Below, in pieces: positions 19,433 through 27,956 of a stretch of DNA of 52,100 nucleotides. Positions within the stretch are counted from its first letter, which is position 1. Each line of letters starts with the position of its first letter. A program made the position numbers and the translations under genes. Source of the stretch: a candidate division GN15 bacterium (GTDB lineage Bacteria > Zixibacteria > MSB-5A5 > GN15 > FEB-12); NCBI GenBank assembly GCA_014727815.1, contig WJMS01000066.1, positions 1 through 52,100 of the forward strand, read 5' to 3'. The notes under the pieces are model-generated. The model was not told the DNA's origin. It searched no databases and was given only the letters and a program-made list of their open reading frames with translations.

Positions 19433-20050
19433 CAACTAATCTAATGCAAGTATTCTACTCGCCACCGAAGAAACCGATCGCCTCCGAAACCTCCAAATTG
19501 TTTCGTTCAGAATGATCTCTTACCTGGTAAGGTACAGCTATTTCTCCAAGAACCCAACAGCTATTATAGCTAAACATCGACTTCTTACTCTGGTTATCGT
19601 CACCTTGGTAACCATCGGCGCCCCGTCACGCCAGTGATCACTCCGACCCGCTCAGCCGCTGTGCATGTTGGCGTTTGATTAAGCGGGCTTCCCAACGGAA
19701 CAATCGATGTATCAGATCGTTATCGCTGAGCGTCTAATCGGTAGATTCATACAAGGATTAAACATCGACCGACATGCAGCGACGGCCATCAGCGCTGTCG
19801 CTTGTCTGTCAACAGGATAGCAAAATCTCCCCCGTTAATCGCTAAGGGGTAGACGCCACCGACGCGCTCCGGCGGTGGCCGCAAAGCGGGACTGGGAACC
19901 TCAGCTGGTCTCGCTTCTTGCGTTTTAGATCTTTTCTCGTACGACCGCGCAGGTTTTGCGTCCTTGCTCCTGAGAAGTCTGAGCTGTGCACGAATTGAAC
20001 AGACCTGAGGAAGGCTCGCCGCGATTGTCAACACCCCCTAAGAAAGCGTA

Positions 20051-20078
20051 TTGACAAAATAGAGTAATCGGGTATACT
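20051..20078 (+). promoter_or_regulatory. sigma70-like promoter of the trp leader/operon
   Basis: TTGACA (20051-20056), a 16-nt spacer, then TATACT (20073-20078). It lies about 70 nt upstream of the leader ORF. Confidence 0.6.
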
Positions 20079-20150
20079 TATGCCAAGCAGGCTGTACCTG
20101 TCTGCCTGCACAAGAACACGCCAGCAAATGTAAGAACGGAAGACCTGAAA

Positions 20151-20249
20151 ATGCGTACCTATTCGCAAAACAACTGCTCCTGGTGGTGGTGGCTTAGCGA
20201 CAGAGGTACGCCTGCACGTGGCTCCGTTTCCGTGTTCGACCCAAGCTAA
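20151..20249 (+). CDS. trpL: trp operon leader peptide with four consecutive Trp codons
   Basis: Hand translation gives MRTYSQNNCSWWWWLSDRGTPARGSVSVFDPS*, with TGG x4 at 20181-20192. GGAAG lies about 10 nt upstream of the ATG. The ORF sits between a strong promoter and a terminator directly ahead of trpE. At 32 aa it is too short for the ORF track. Confidence 0.75.
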   Translation: MRTYSQNNCSWWWWLSDRGTPARGSVSVFDPS

Positions 20250-20274
20250 AACACCGGCACCGACACCAAACACA

Positions 20275-20310
20275 AGCCCGCTGTCAGGCGACTGACAGCG
20301 GGCTTTCTCT
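20275..20310 (+). terminator. intrinsic terminator (trp attenuator)
   Basis: Perfect 12-bp stem GCCCGCTGTCAG (20276-20287) pairs with CTGACAGCGGGC (20292-20303), with a GCGA loop, then TTTCTCT. It ends 21 nt before the trpE ATG. Confidence 0.8.
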
Positions 20311-20330
20311 ATGTATGAGGATAACTCGCC

Positions 20331-21800
20331 ATGAAACCATCACCACCCGGACCGACCGCAGCAGCCCCGCCCCGCCGACTCCGCGCCGTCTCCCGAGAAC
20401 TGCCGGCCGATCTCGAAACGCCGGTCTCGGCTTTCCTGAAGCTGAAACCGCACGGCGCCATGCTGCTGCTCGAATCAGTCGAGCGGGGCGTCCAGCTCGG
20501 CCGCTATTCCTTCATCGGGATCGCCCCCAGGACGAAGATCATCATCGATGAGTCCAACCTGATGGTGATCGGTCCCGACGGCCGCACTACCGTACCACAT
20601 GAACGCGAGGACGCTGCTGCCAATCCCCTGACTCACCTCAAAACCCTGCTCGGTTCGTACGAGATCGATTTCGAGGGTGACCATCCCCCTCTCCTCGGCG
20701 GCACGGTCGGCTACATCAGCTACGACATGGTCCGGCAGTTTGAACGGTTACCCGACCGGTCACGCGATGTACTCGGGCTGCCCCTGGCCATGCTCTACCT
20801 GATCGACACCCTGCTCGTCTTCGACCATGTCCAGCATCGCCTCCGCCTGATCGCGTTGACCGATGACGCCGACACTACCCGGACAGAGAAGCAGCTTCAA
20901 ACCCTCACGACAGCGCTGCGCACCCCACTTGAATACAACGGCACCGGCTCGGTGAACGATCAGTCCGGCGAGCTGACCTCAAACGTCCGCAAGGAAGACT
21001 TCTGCACGACCGTCGAGCAGGTCAAGGAACACATTGCCGCCGGCGATGTGTACCAGCTGGTCGTTTCGCAGCGCCTGACCGGCCGCACCGAGGCCGACCC
21101 GTTCACCATATACCGCGCCCTGCGCATGCTCAACCCGTCGCCCTATTTGTTCTACCTCGATTTCGACGAAACCAAACTGATCGGCTCCTCCCCCGAGGCC
21201 CTGGTCAGCCTCGCCGGTCGCCAGGCTACCGTTCGTCCGATCGCCGGAACCCGCCCCCGCGGCGATAGCCTCGAAGATGACCGTCGGCTCGCCGAAGAGC
21301 TGCTCGCCGATGACAAGGAACGGGCCGAACATGTCATGCTGGTCGACCTCGGCCGCAACGATCTCGGCCGCTGCTGCGCCACCGGTTCGGTCAAAGTCAG
21401 CGAGTTCATGGCCATCGAGCGCTTCTCCCATGTCATGCACATGACGTCAACGGTCCACGGCCGGTTGCGCGATGATGTCGATCAGTTCGAACTGTTTCGG
21501 GCCGCCTTCCCCGCCGGGACGGTCAGCGGCGCCCCGAAAATCCGCGCCATGCAACTGATCGAGCAGTTCGAGCCGCACCGCCGCGGTCCCTACGCCGGCG
21601 CCGTCGGCTATTTCTCCCTCTCGGGCGACATGGACTGGTGCATTGCCATCCGGACCATCGTGATGAAAGGCGCAACCTTCCACCTGCAGGCCGGCGCCGG
21701 CATCGTCGCCGACTCGGTCCCGGAACGAGAATACGAAGAAACCCTGCACAAACTGGCCGCCCTGCGCCGGGCGATTGCCGCCGCCGAGGAGGGCTTCTGA
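20331..21800 (+). CDS. trpE: anthranilate synthase component I
   Basis: The signature HVMLVDLGRNDLGR and the C-terminal chorismate-binding region are present. GAGGA RBS. Confidence 0.95.
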   Translation: MKPSPPGPTAAAPPRRLRAVSRELPADLETPVSAFLKLKPHGAMLLLESVERGVQLGRYSFIGIAPRTKIIIDESNLMVIGPDGRTTVPHEREDAAANPLTHLKTLLGSYEIDFEGDHPPLLGGTVGYISYDMVRQFERLPDRSRDVLGLPLAMLYLIDTLLVFDHVQHRLRLIALTDDADTTRTEKQLQTLTTALRTPLEYNGTGSVNDQSGELTSNVRKEDFCTTVEQVKEHIAAGDVYQLVVSQRLTGRTEADPFTIYRALRMLNPSPYLFYLDFDETKLIGSSPEALVSLAGRQATVRPIAGTRPRGDSLEDDRRLAEELLADDKERAEHVMLVDLGRNDLGRCCATGSVKVSEFMAIERFSHVMHMTSTVHGRLRDDVDQFELFRAAFPAGTVSGAPKIRAMQLIEQFEPHRRGPYAGAVGYFSLSGDMDWCIAIRTIVMKGATFHLQAGAGIVADSVPEREYEETLHKLAALRRAIAAAEEGF

Positions 21801-22366
21801 TGGTACTCATGATTGACAACTATGACTCGTTCACCTACAACCTCGTCCAGTACGTAGGTGAACTCGGCGCCGATGTCCGCGTCGTCCGCAACGACGAGGC
21901 TACGGTCGATGGACTGGCCGCGATGAATCCAGCACACATCATCATCTCCCCCGGTCCGGGCGCACCCGATGGCGCCGGCATTTCCGTTGACATCATTAAA
22001 CAGCTCGCGGACACGACACCTATTCTCGGCGTCTGCCTCGGTCACCAATGCCTCGCCCACGCATTCAATGGTAAGGTGGTCCGGGCCGATCGGCTGATGC
22101 ACGGCAAGGTCTCCCCTGTCTACCATCACGGCGGCGGCCTCTTCCAGGGCCTCAACAGTCCCTTTACAGCCACTCGTTACCACTCACTGATCGTCGAGGA
22201 GAACTCCCTGCCCGCCTGCTTTGACGTCACCGCCTATACCTCGGAAGGCGAGATCATGGCCATCACTCTTAAGGACCGACCCGTGTATGGCGTGCAGTTT
22301 CACCCCGAGTCGATCCTCACCGATCACGGCAAACTCATGCTCAAGAACTTCCTGGCGAGGAGTTAG
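21800..22366 (+). CDS. trpG: anthranilate synthase component II (glutamine amidotransferase)
   Basis: MVLMIDNYDSFTYNLVQY and the GVCLGHQ catalytic Cys motif. The ATG overlaps the trpE stop by one nucleotide (TGATG). The track ORF begins earlier in the same frame. Confidence 0.95.
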   Translation: MVLMIDNYDSFTYNLVQYVGELGADVRVVRNDEATVDGLAAMNPAHIIISPGPGAPDGAGISVDIIKQLADTTPILGVCLGHQCLAHAFNGKVVRADRLMHGKVSPVYHHGGGLFQGLNSPFTATRYHSLIVEENSLPACFDVTAYTSEGEIMAITLKDRPVYGVQFHPESILTDHGKLMLKNFLARS

Positions 22367-22369
22367 ACC

Positions 22370-23395
22370 ATGCTGACCAAAATCCTGACACGCCTCATGC
22401 AAGGCGAGAACCTGAGCGCCGAGACCACCGAACAGATCGTCGAGCGCATCATGAGCGAAGAGATCTCGCCGGTGCTGATCGCTTCCTTTCTGACGGCGCT
22501 TCGCGCCAAAGGCGAAACCACCGCCGAACTGGTCGGTGCGGCGCGAGCGATGCGTAACCGTGCCATCCGCATCCCCCATCAGCACCCGCTGTTGATCGAC
22601 ACCTGCGGCACGGGTGGCGATGGCTCCGGCACGTTCAACATCTCCACGACCGCTGCCTTCGTGCTGGCCGCCGCCGGCCTCACCGTCGGCAAGCACGGCA
22701 ACCGCAGTATCTCCAGCCGCTCCGGCAGCGCCGACGTACTCGAGGCGCTCGGCGCTCGAATCGACCTCACCCCGGCCCAGGTCGCAACGTGTATCGAACG
22801 CGTGGGTATCGGCTTCATGTTCGCCCCGCACCTTCACCCGGCCATGAAGGCGGTCGGCCCGGTCCGCAAGGAACTCGGCTTCCGCACGATCTTCAATATG
22901 CTCGGCCCCCTGACCAACCCGGCCGGCGCCACCCACCAGGTGATTGGCGTCTTTGCGGCTGACTGTGTCGCGGTGATGGCTCGCGCTGCCGCCGAATTGG
23001 GCGCCCACAATGTCTTCGTCGTGCACAACGAGTGCGGCCTCGATGAACTCGCCACCTGCGGTGTCAGCTGCGTCGTGCAGGTCACCAATGGTACCGTGCG
23101 GACCTTCGAGGTCATCCCCGAGGAACATCGTCTGGCCCGATGTGACATCACCGATCTCGCCGGCGGCGACCCGGTGACAAACGCCGAGATCACCCGGAGA
23201 ATCTTCGATGGCGAACCCGGCCCGGCCGCCAATACCGTTATCCTCAACGCCGCCCTCGGACTTGTCTGCGCGGAAGCAGCCAATTCTCTGGACGACGGTA
23301 TCGCGCTGGCCCGCGAGACGATTGCCGGCGGCCGCGCCCGACAGAAACTGAGCGAGTTCATCGCCTTCACCAACGAGGCCAGCCGTGCTGCCTGA
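22370..23395 (+). CDS. trpD: anthranilate phosphoribosyltransferase
   Basis: Carries DTCGTGGDG and KHGNRS motifs. Confidence 0.95.
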   Translation: MLTKILTRLMQGENLSAETTEQIVERIMSEEISPVLIASFLTALRAKGETTAELVGAARAMRNRAIRIPHQHPLLIDTCGTGGDGSGTFNISTTAAFVLAAAGLTVGKHGNRSISSRSGSADVLEALGARIDLTPAQVATCIERVGIGFMFAPHLHPAMKAVGPVRKELGFRTIFNMLGPLTNPAGATHQVIGVFAADCVAVMARAAAELGAHNVFVVHNECGLDELATCGVSCVVQVTNGTVRTFEVIPEEHRLARCDITDLAGGDPVTNAEITRRIFDGEPGPAANTVILNAALGLVCAEAANSLDDGIALARETIAGGRARQKLSEFIAFTNEASRAA

Positions 23396-24164
23396 GATAC
23401 TCCAGCATAAACGGCGTGAATTGGCCGAGATCGACAGCGCAAAAGAGATCGCCCACTTCAATGAGGTAATCGCCTCGCTGCCGGCCGTCCGCAGCCTGAA
23501 GGCGGCCATTACCAACAACTTCGGTCTGGCACTCATCGCCGAGATTAAACGCCGTTCACCCTCCAGAGGCGCTCTGGCCGACGTCATTGACCCGGCGCAT
23601 CGCGCCCGACTCTACCAACAGGCCGGCGCCGCAGCCGTGTCGGTCCTGACCGACCAGCGTTTCTTCAACGGTTCCATCATCGACCTGCAACTGGCGCGGG
23701 CTGCCGTATCCCTGCCGGTGCTGCGCAAGGACTTCATCCTCACCGAATACCAGGTCTTTGAGTCACGCGCGATCGGCGCCGATGCTATCCTGCTCATCGT
23801 CGCTGCACTCCGCCCCGATGAACTGGCCGATCTGCACCACCTGGCCCACCGGCTCGGCCTCGAGGTGCTGATGGAGGTGCACGACGAAGCCGAATTACAC
23901 ATTGCTCTCGAAGCCGGAGCAACGATACTCGGCGTCAATAATCGCAATCTCGACACCTTCGAGGTCGACCTCGCCACCACCGAACGCCTGCGTCGCCTCA
24001 TCCCCGCCGACCGGGTATGTGTCGCCGAAAGCGGCATTCACACCAGTGAAGACACCCGGCGCCTGCGCGCGATAGACGTTGACGCCATCCTGGTCGGTGA
24101 GAGTCTCATGACCGCCGATGACGTCGCCGCACAAGTACGAACCCTTATGGAGGTGTCGGCATGA
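23385..24164 (+). CDS. trpC: indole-3-glycerol phosphate synthase
   Basis: IAEIKRRSPS and LRKDF motifs. GTG start overlapping the trpD end. Confidence 0.95.
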   Translation: MLPEILQHKRRELAEIDSAKEIAHFNEVIASLPAVRSLKAAITNNFGLALIAEIKRRSPSRGALADVIDPAHRARLYQQAGAAAVSVLTDQRFFNGSIIDLQLARAAVSLPVLRKDFILTEYQVFESRAIGADAILLIVAALRPDELADLHHLAHRLGLEVLMEVHDEAELHIALEAGATILGVNNRNLDTFEVDLATTERLRRLIPADRVCVAESGIHTSEDTRRLRAIDVDAILVGESLMTADDVAAQVRTLMEVSA

Positions 24165-24817
24165 CACGCGTGAAGATCTGTGGGATTACCAACCCCGAGG
24201 ATGCCCTTGCGGCCGTACGTGCCGGCGCCGATGCCCTTGGCTTTGTTTTTGCACCAAGCCCCCGCCGGGTGACACCCGCACAGGCGGCCGCCATCATCGC
24301 TGAACTGCCCCCGTTCATTGCCACCGTCGGCGTGTTTGTCGATACGGGGAGCGCCGGGATCGAAGCAATCATCAGGCAGTGTGGCTTTCACTACATACAG
24401 CTGCATGGTACGAACGACCGGTCAATCGACAGCGTCGTCCCCCTGATTCGCGCTTTCTCTGCTGTTGCCGATGCCGACGATATCATCGCACACCCGGCCC
24501 GCTTTGTCCTGCTCGATGGCTACCACCCCAACCGCGCCGGTGGCACCGGCCGCACCTGCGACTGGTCACTCGCCGCACAGGTGGCCCGGCGCCGACCGCT
24601 CATCCTCGCCGGTGGCCTGCATGCAGACAACGTGGCGTCGGCTCTCGAGACGGTTCGGCCGGCGGCCGTCGATGTCTCCAGCGGTGTCGAGCGTGAACCG
24701 GGACAAAAAGATCACGAGAAGATACAATCTTTCATATACGAGGTACGCAAATGGGATTGCCTGACAAACGAGGCTACTTCGGGCGATTCGGCGGACGGTT
24801 TGTTCCTGAAACGCTGA
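24161..24817 (+). CDS. trpF: phosphoribosylanthranilate isomerase
   Basis: VKICGIT N-terminus and the GLHADNV / VDVSSGVE C-terminal motif. ATGA overlap with trpC. Its 3' end overlaps trpB by 67 nt. Confidence 0.9.
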   Translation: MTRVKICGITNPEDALAAVRAGADALGFVFAPSPRRVTPAQAAAIIAELPPFIATVGVFVDTGSAGIEAIIRQCGFHYIQLHGTNDRSIDSVVPLIRAFSAVADADDIIAHPARFVLLDGYHPNRAGGTGRTCDWSLAAQVARRRPLILAGGLHADNVASALETVRPAAVDVSSGVEREPGQKDHEKIQSFIYEVRKWDCLTNEATSGDSADGLFLKR

Positions 24818-25977
24818 TGGCCGCTTTACTGCAGCTCGAACGCGAATACGCCGAGGCCCGCCACGATCGAGACTTCGGCCGCAACCTTCGCGAACTCCTT
24901 CGCCGGTATGTCGGCCGGGCCACCCCGTTGTACAGAGCCGAACGACTCTCCGAAACCTGGGGCGGTGCGACAATCTACCTCAAACGCGAAGACCTCAACC
25001 ATACCGGCGCACACAAGATCAACAACTGTCTCGGCCAGGCATTGCTTACCAAACGCATGGGCAAGTCACGGGTAATCGCCGAGACCGGCGCCGGGCAGCA
25101 CGGCGTCGCCGTCGCAACCGTTGCAGCCCGATTCGGATTCGACTGCACCATCTACATGGGCGCCGAGGATATGCGGCGGCAGGCCCCCAACGTCCAGCGC
25201 ATGAAACTACTTGGCGCCGAGGTCGTTTCCGTATCCTCCGGTACCGCCACCCTCAAGGATGCCACCAACGAAGCGATGCGCGACTGGGTCGCCAGCGTCG
25301 AATCAACCCACTATATCATCGGCTCGACCGTCGGCCCCCACCCCTTCCCCCGCATCGTGCGCGACTTCCAGTCGGTCATTGGTCGTGAGACGCGCCGCCA
25401 GGTGCGACGCCAGACCGGCCGCTTGCCCGACACGATAGTTGCCTGCGTTGGCGGCGGCTCCAACGCCCTTGGCATGTTCTATCCGTTCCTGCGCGACACT
25501 GAGGTCGCCCTGGTCGGTGTTGAAGCGGCCGGCGACGGTCTTACCACCATGCGCCACGCCGCGACCCTCAGCAAAGGTGCTCCGGGCGTGTTACACGGCA
25601 GCTTCAGCTACCTCTTGCAGGATGACCGCGGCCAGGTCCAGCCGACCCACACTATCTCGGCCGGTCTCGACTATCCCGGGGTCGGCCCCGAACACAGCTA
25701 CCTGCACGAGTCCGCTCGCGTGACGTACACCTCTGTTGACGACGCCGAAGCACTCAACGCCTTCAAGGAACTATGCGCTCTTGAGGGTATCATCCCCGCC
25801 CTGGAGTCCTCGTTCGCCCTGGCCGGAGCGCGGCGTATCGCTCAGCAATCTACGCCCGGGCATACCATCGTCATTAATCTCTCCGGTCGCGGCGACAAGG
25901 ACCTGACCACCGTCCACTCGCTCGATGCCGCCGAACAGGAAAACATCACCTCGATAAACAAGGTCACCCGCCCATGA
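24751..25977 (+). CDS. trpB: tryptophan synthase beta chain
   Basis: [12 protein letters not shown] and HTGAHKINN (PLP lysine) motifs. GAGG RBS. Confidence 0.95.
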   Translation: MGLPDKRGYFGRFGGRFVPETLMAALLQLEREYAEARHDRDFGRNLRELLRRYVGRATPLYRAERLSETWGGATIYLKREDLNHTGAHKINNCLGQALLTKRMGKSRVIAETGAGQHGVAVATVAARFGFDCTIYMGAEDMRRQAPNVQRMKLLGAEVVSVSSGTATLKDATNEAMRDWVASVESTHYIIGSTVGPHPFPRIVRDFQSVIGRETRRQVRRQTGRLPDTIVACVGGGSNALGMFYPFLRDTEVALVGVEAAGDGLTTMRHAATLSKGAPGVLHGSFSYLLQDDRGQVQPTHTISAGLDYPGVGPEHSYLHESARVTYTSVDDAEALNAFKELCALEGIIPALESSFALAGARRIAQQSTPGHTIVINLSGRGDKDLTTVHSLDAAEQENITSINKVTRP

Positions 25978-26813
25978 ACACGATCACATCAGCTTTCGCG
26001 GCCTGCCGCAGCCACAACCGGGCGGCCCTGATTCCGTACCTTATGGCCGGCTACCCGGATGAAACGACTTTCGTTGCACTGGTCGATGCTGTCTTCGACG
26101 CCGGCGCCGACCTGCTCGAAATCGGTATCCCCTTTTCCGATCCCCTCGCCGATGGCCCAACGATCCAGCGCGCCGCACAAACGGCTCTTTCGCACGGCGT
26201 GACAGTCGAACAAACGCTCGATATGCTGGCCCGCATCCGCAACACCGACAGCAAGCCGCTGGTCATCATGAGCTATCTCAATCCGCTCCTCCGGTACGGT
26301 CTCGACCGCTTCGCTGCCGAAGCCGCTCGAATCGGCGTGCGAGGACTGATCGTCCCCGATGTCATCATCGAAGAGTCGGCCACGCTCGAGCGAACGATGC
26401 GGACAGCCGGGATCGACCTCGTCCACCTGATCGCGCCAACCTCGCCCCCCGATCGACGCGCCTCGATCCTGCAGCGTAGCCGGGGGTTTGTCTATCTCGT
26501 CTCGATCGCCGGCGTCACCGGCGCCCGACGTGAACTCCCGGCCAGCCTCACCACTATGATCCGCGCCATCCGCACCGCCAGCCCGGTACCGGTCGCAGTC
26601 GGCTTTGGCATCTCCACTCCCGAGCAGGCGGCGTCGGTCGGACGCGAGGCCGATGGTGTTGTGGTCGGCAGCGCCCTGATCGATTGCATCGATCGGGCCG
26701 GATCGCCATCAGCGTCAATCACCCGGGCCGCCGACTTTATCGCCACCCTGCGCCGCGGCCTCAACAGATCAGAAACTCATCCCGCCCCTGAGCAACTTCG
26801 GAGGACGCCATGA
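25974..26813 (+). CDS. trpA: tryptophan synthase alpha chain
   Basis: [15 protein letters not shown] motif. ATGA overlap with trpB. Confidence 0.95.
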   Translation: MNTITSAFAACRSHNRAALIPYLMAGYPDETTFVALVDAVFDAGADLLEIGIPFSDPLADGPTIQRAAQTALSHGVTVEQTLDMLARIRNTDSKPLVIMSYLNPLLRYGLDRFAAEAARIGVRGLIVPDVIIEESATLERTMRTAGIDLVHLIAPTSPPDRRASILQRSRGFVYLVSIAGVTGARRELPASLTTMIRAIRTASPVPVAVGFGISTPEQAASVGREADGVVVGSALIDCIDRAGSPSASITRAADFIATLRRGLNRSETHPAPEQLRRTP

Positions 26814-27826
26814 CCGTCGTGGTAATGAAAGATAACGCCAGCGTGAAAGAGATCAGCTCGGTGATCAAGCGCATCGAAGAGCTTGGTTTCCGCCCCCATC
26901 TTTCGCAGGGCAACGGTCGCACCGTCATCGGCATGGTCGGCGGCGGGCTGCCGATGAACCAGGAAGACTTCCTGTCTCTGCCGGGTGTGGCCGAAATCGC
27001 CCCGGTCGAAAAACCGTTCAAACTCGGCAGCCGGGAATTCCGGGCAGAACCAACCCGGATCGTTGTCGGCGATGTCACCATCGGCGGCGACACGGTTGTC
27101 ATGATGGCCGGTCCCTGTTCGGTTGAGTCACGCGAACAGACACTGACCATTGCCGAGTCTATCCACCAGGCCGGTGCCCACATCCTTCGCGGTGGCGCCT
27201 TCAAGCCGCGCACGTCGCCCTACAGCTTTCGCGGTCTCGGCAAAGCGGGACTGGAGATCCTCGCCGAAGCCCGCGCGCGCACCGGCATGCCGATTGTCAC
27301 TGAGGTCCTTTCGGCGCACGATGTCGACCTGGTATGTGAGTACGCCGATATCATCCAGATCGGCGCCCGCAACATGCAGAACTTTGCCCTTCTCGACGAG
27401 ATCGGCAAACTGACCAAGCCGATCCTGCTCAAACGCGGGCTGATGTCGACTATCGAAGAGCTGCTGATGTCGGCCGAGTACATCCTGGCCGGCGGCAACC
27501 CGAATGTCATCCTGTGTGAACGGGGCATCCGCAGTTTCGAAAAGTACACACGCAACACCCTCGATATCTCGGCCGTCCCCATCCTCAAGCGGCTCAGTCA
27601 CCTGCCGGTCATTGTCGATCCGTCCCATGCCACCGGCCAGCGCGATCTGGTGGCGCCGGTGTCCCGAGCCGGGGTCGCGGTCGGCGCCGATGGTCTCATG
27701 GTCGAAACGCACAACGACCCCGACAAGGCCCTCTCCGACGGCGCTCAGTCGCTGACTCTGCCGCAGTTCGACGACCTCATGGCCAACCTGAAATCCCTGG
27801 CCGGGGCGGTCGGACGAACAATGTGA
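26810..27826 (+). CDS. aroF: 3-deoxy-7-phosphoheptulonate (DAHP) synthase, type I-beta with N-terminal ferredoxin-like regulatory domain
   Basis: Carries KPRTSPYSFRG, and the core IVDPSHATG resembles KDO8PS/DAH7PS I-beta. A roughly 70-aa N-terminal ACT-like extension (VVVMKDNASVKEISSVIKRIEELGF) is present. ATGA overlap with trpA. Confidence 0.9.
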   Translation: MTVVVMKDNASVKEISSVIKRIEELGFRPHLSQGNGRTVIGMVGGGLPMNQEDFLSLPGVAEIAPVEKPFKLGSREFRAEPTRIVVGDVTIGGDTVVMMAGPCSVESREQTLTIAESIHQAGAHILRGGAFKPRTSPYSFRGLGKAGLEILAEARARTGMPIVTEVLSAHDVDLVCEYADIIQIGARNMQNFALLDEIGKLTKPILLKRGLMSTIEELLMSAEYILAGGNPNVILCERGIRSFEKYTRNTLDISAVPILKRLSHLPVIVDPSHATGQRDLVAPVSRAGVAVGADGLMVETHNDPDKALSDGAQSLTLPQFDDLMANLKSLAGAVGRTM

Positions 27827-27887
27827 TCGAAGCTATGATCGCCTGCGAGCCCGGTTTGCGCGTTGTGGGGTGAGCAATAGTTAAAGA

Positions 27888-27917
27888 TTGACCACGCGGC
27901 TCGATAATCAATATATT
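27888..27917 (+). promoter_or_regulatory. putative sigma70-like promoter ahead of the PAAR/effector module
   Basis: TTGACC (27888-27893), 18 nt, then TATATT (27912-27917). GAAGGAG RBS lies before the ATG at 27957. Confidence 0.4.
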
Positions 27918-27956
27918 GAGCCTACCGCAATCGCGTAGCTTTCCGAAGGAGTCCGT

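Noticed and set aside
19789-20273. Minus-strand ORFs 19789..20034 and 20028..20273 (81 aa each) in the marR-trp intergenic region
   Set aside because: They have no RBS and implausible composition. The second lies antisense to the trp promoter, leader and attenuator, which explain that sequence much better.
22184-23587. 467-aa minus-strand ORF across trpG/trpD/trpC
   Set aside because: It lies antisense to three strongly recognisable trp genes and spans their boundaries. Its composition (G/A/D/R-rich) is typical of a GC-skewed shadow frame.
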